Assembly (NCBI RefSeq): GCF_006345805.1
Contig: NC_043001.1
Location: forward strand, 99,944,001-100,008,000
DNA length: 64,000 bases
Source of the DNA: Octopus sinensis
Lineage: Eukaryota
Direction of reading: 5' to 3'
Part shown: positions 62,401 through 64,000 of the stretch, piece after piece
How positions within the stretch are numbered: the stretch's first letter is position 1
Layout of the letters: every line of letters starts with the position of its first letter
The notes under the pieces: model-generated
Database searches by the model: none
What the model was told of the DNA's origin: nothing
The model's input: only the letters and a program-made list of their open reading frames with translations
Translations under genes and position numbers: made by a program

Positions 62401-63695
62401 AATAGCGCCATAATAGTTATTCTGCTTCTGAGAAAGATTTATTCTTTTATTGATATTAATTCCTTTTGGCATAGGAAAAAAAACTACATCAGAGAAAGCT
62501 TTAGAAGTCAGCGGCATATTGATTCTCAAGAGTAAAACAAAGACCTAAAAACTGGTCTGTAAAGGAGGGTGGCGGAGAGGGGAGAGATTAAAATTTCAAA
62601 CGATTTCTTTTTTATCAAATATTTGATAATTTCATTTCATAATGAAGCTTTCTAAAATGTATAAAAATATTTATTCTTTAAATTAACACTTTTTGCAGTT
62701 AATGTGGCTTTTTTTCTCAGTTTAGTTCTAAAGTAGCCCCACAATGAAATTAGTTCTAAATATAGAAAGTGAGGTGGTGGTGATGGGGATTGTCAACCAC
62801 CCTTACTTGTCTTAGATCATAAAAAATCATTTTAAGTGTTTTAAACTGAATTTCTCCAGCTTGTTATCAGCACTGAACACATCTCTAAAGATACAATTTT
62901 TTTCTTTTTTCTTTTTTTTTTTGGGAAGGAAACAAAAATGCAACCATTTAATTCTCTGCTCCCCAAATTGTACCAAAAAAAAAAAAAACCCCAAAAAACA
63001 AAAATCATTCACTCTATAATTTCCTTCACTCACTAGTGTTGCATATTCCTTTGGTCTAATTTTACAAGTCACTGAAGAAATTATTTGATTTTCATCACTT
63101 TAACTAAACTGGAAGTTGGGTTTAGTAACTTTAGATTTTCATACTTTTGATAAAATAAAAGTGATATTCTTGCAAGGTGGACGTTAACCATTGTAGCTAC
63201 ACTTGTTCACTAAAAGAAAGCAAAGCTGGTTAGTTATGTAGTTTTAACATTACTGATAAAGATAATAGCATAAAAATAGTCTTAAAAAATCACTGAAGCC
63301 AAAATGTTTTGAATGTCAATAGTTGATATTTTATCTGTTATTGTTAGCTGTAGGCATTCCAATTGATAATGCTTTTGAGAAAAACTGGTTGTGATTATCA
63401 CAGATTCTCATTTTTGTTAGTCTAAGAAATTAATGTACACAATTTGATGAGTAAAAGAAACAGCTTAATAATATGCTTACTAATCTTGAAAACGAAACAG
63501 AAAATGTTGAAGCACAAGATATCTTCAGATACTGTTCAGTAAGACCGGCTGAGACAAACATTACCCCAACAGGAAGTAATGTCTTACACATAAAATATTA
63601 TAACTCCGGATGTGTTTTGATAGATTAAACAAAAAGAATCTTTGAGAGGGCCTTAAAGTTTTCACACACACACACTAATTTAATTCCTTGCTACA

Positions 63696-63740
<45 letters not shown>

Positions 63741-63746
63741 ATGTAT

Positions 63747-64000
63747 ATCATCATCATCTTCACTGTTTAACATATGTTTCCCATGCTGACATGGGTTGGA
63801 CAGTTTGACAGGGGCTGGCCAGCCGGGGAGCTGTCCAGACTCCCATTGTCTGACGTGGCATGGTTTCTGTGGCTGGGTGATACCCTTCCTAATGCCAACC
63901 ACTTTACAGGGTGTGTGCTGGGTGCATTTTATGTGGAACTGGCATGGCTGCACTTATGCATCAATGGCACGAATGCATTTTATGTGCCACTGGTACCTGT
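63747..64000 (-). mobile_element. Older RTE-type 3' end running off the window
   Basis: (atc)n..tttaacatatgtttcccatgctgacatggg..cccttcctaatgccaaccactttacag..ttttatgtgccactgg. Confidence 0.8.

Overview
AT-rich, repeat-dense eukaryotic genomic DNA. The repeat families (GAT-tailed RTE 3' ends, tRNA-derived SINEs, long (TA)n/(CA)n tracts) look like an octopus or other cephalopod genome; that assignment is from recognition, not a database search. I could not identify any intact host gene, and most ORFs in the track are microsatellite translations or decayed transposon pieces. Contents: (i) several restriction-like-endonuclease (RLE) non-LTR retrotransposons of R4/Dong type, including a chain at 44.4-52.4 kb joined through (TAA)n/(GAT)n repeats; (ii) many RTE-clade LINE remnants, whose RT carries an inserted PHD-type finger and whose 3' UTR carries a variable-number array of ~60-bp hairpin modules, with about 20 short 'SINE-like' repeats being the same RTE 3' end; (iii) a Penelope GIY-YIG remnant and several minimal hammerhead-ribozyme (HHR) motifs, some built into inverted-repeat or palindromic elements; (iv) piggyBac- and mariner-type MITEs and non-autonomous Helitron-like elements; (v) tRNA-SINEs; (vi) a few weak candidate exons. 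The strongest leads are the palindromic HHR-bearing elements and the modular RTE 3' UTR. Element boundaries are approximate (tens of bp) unless termini are quoted.
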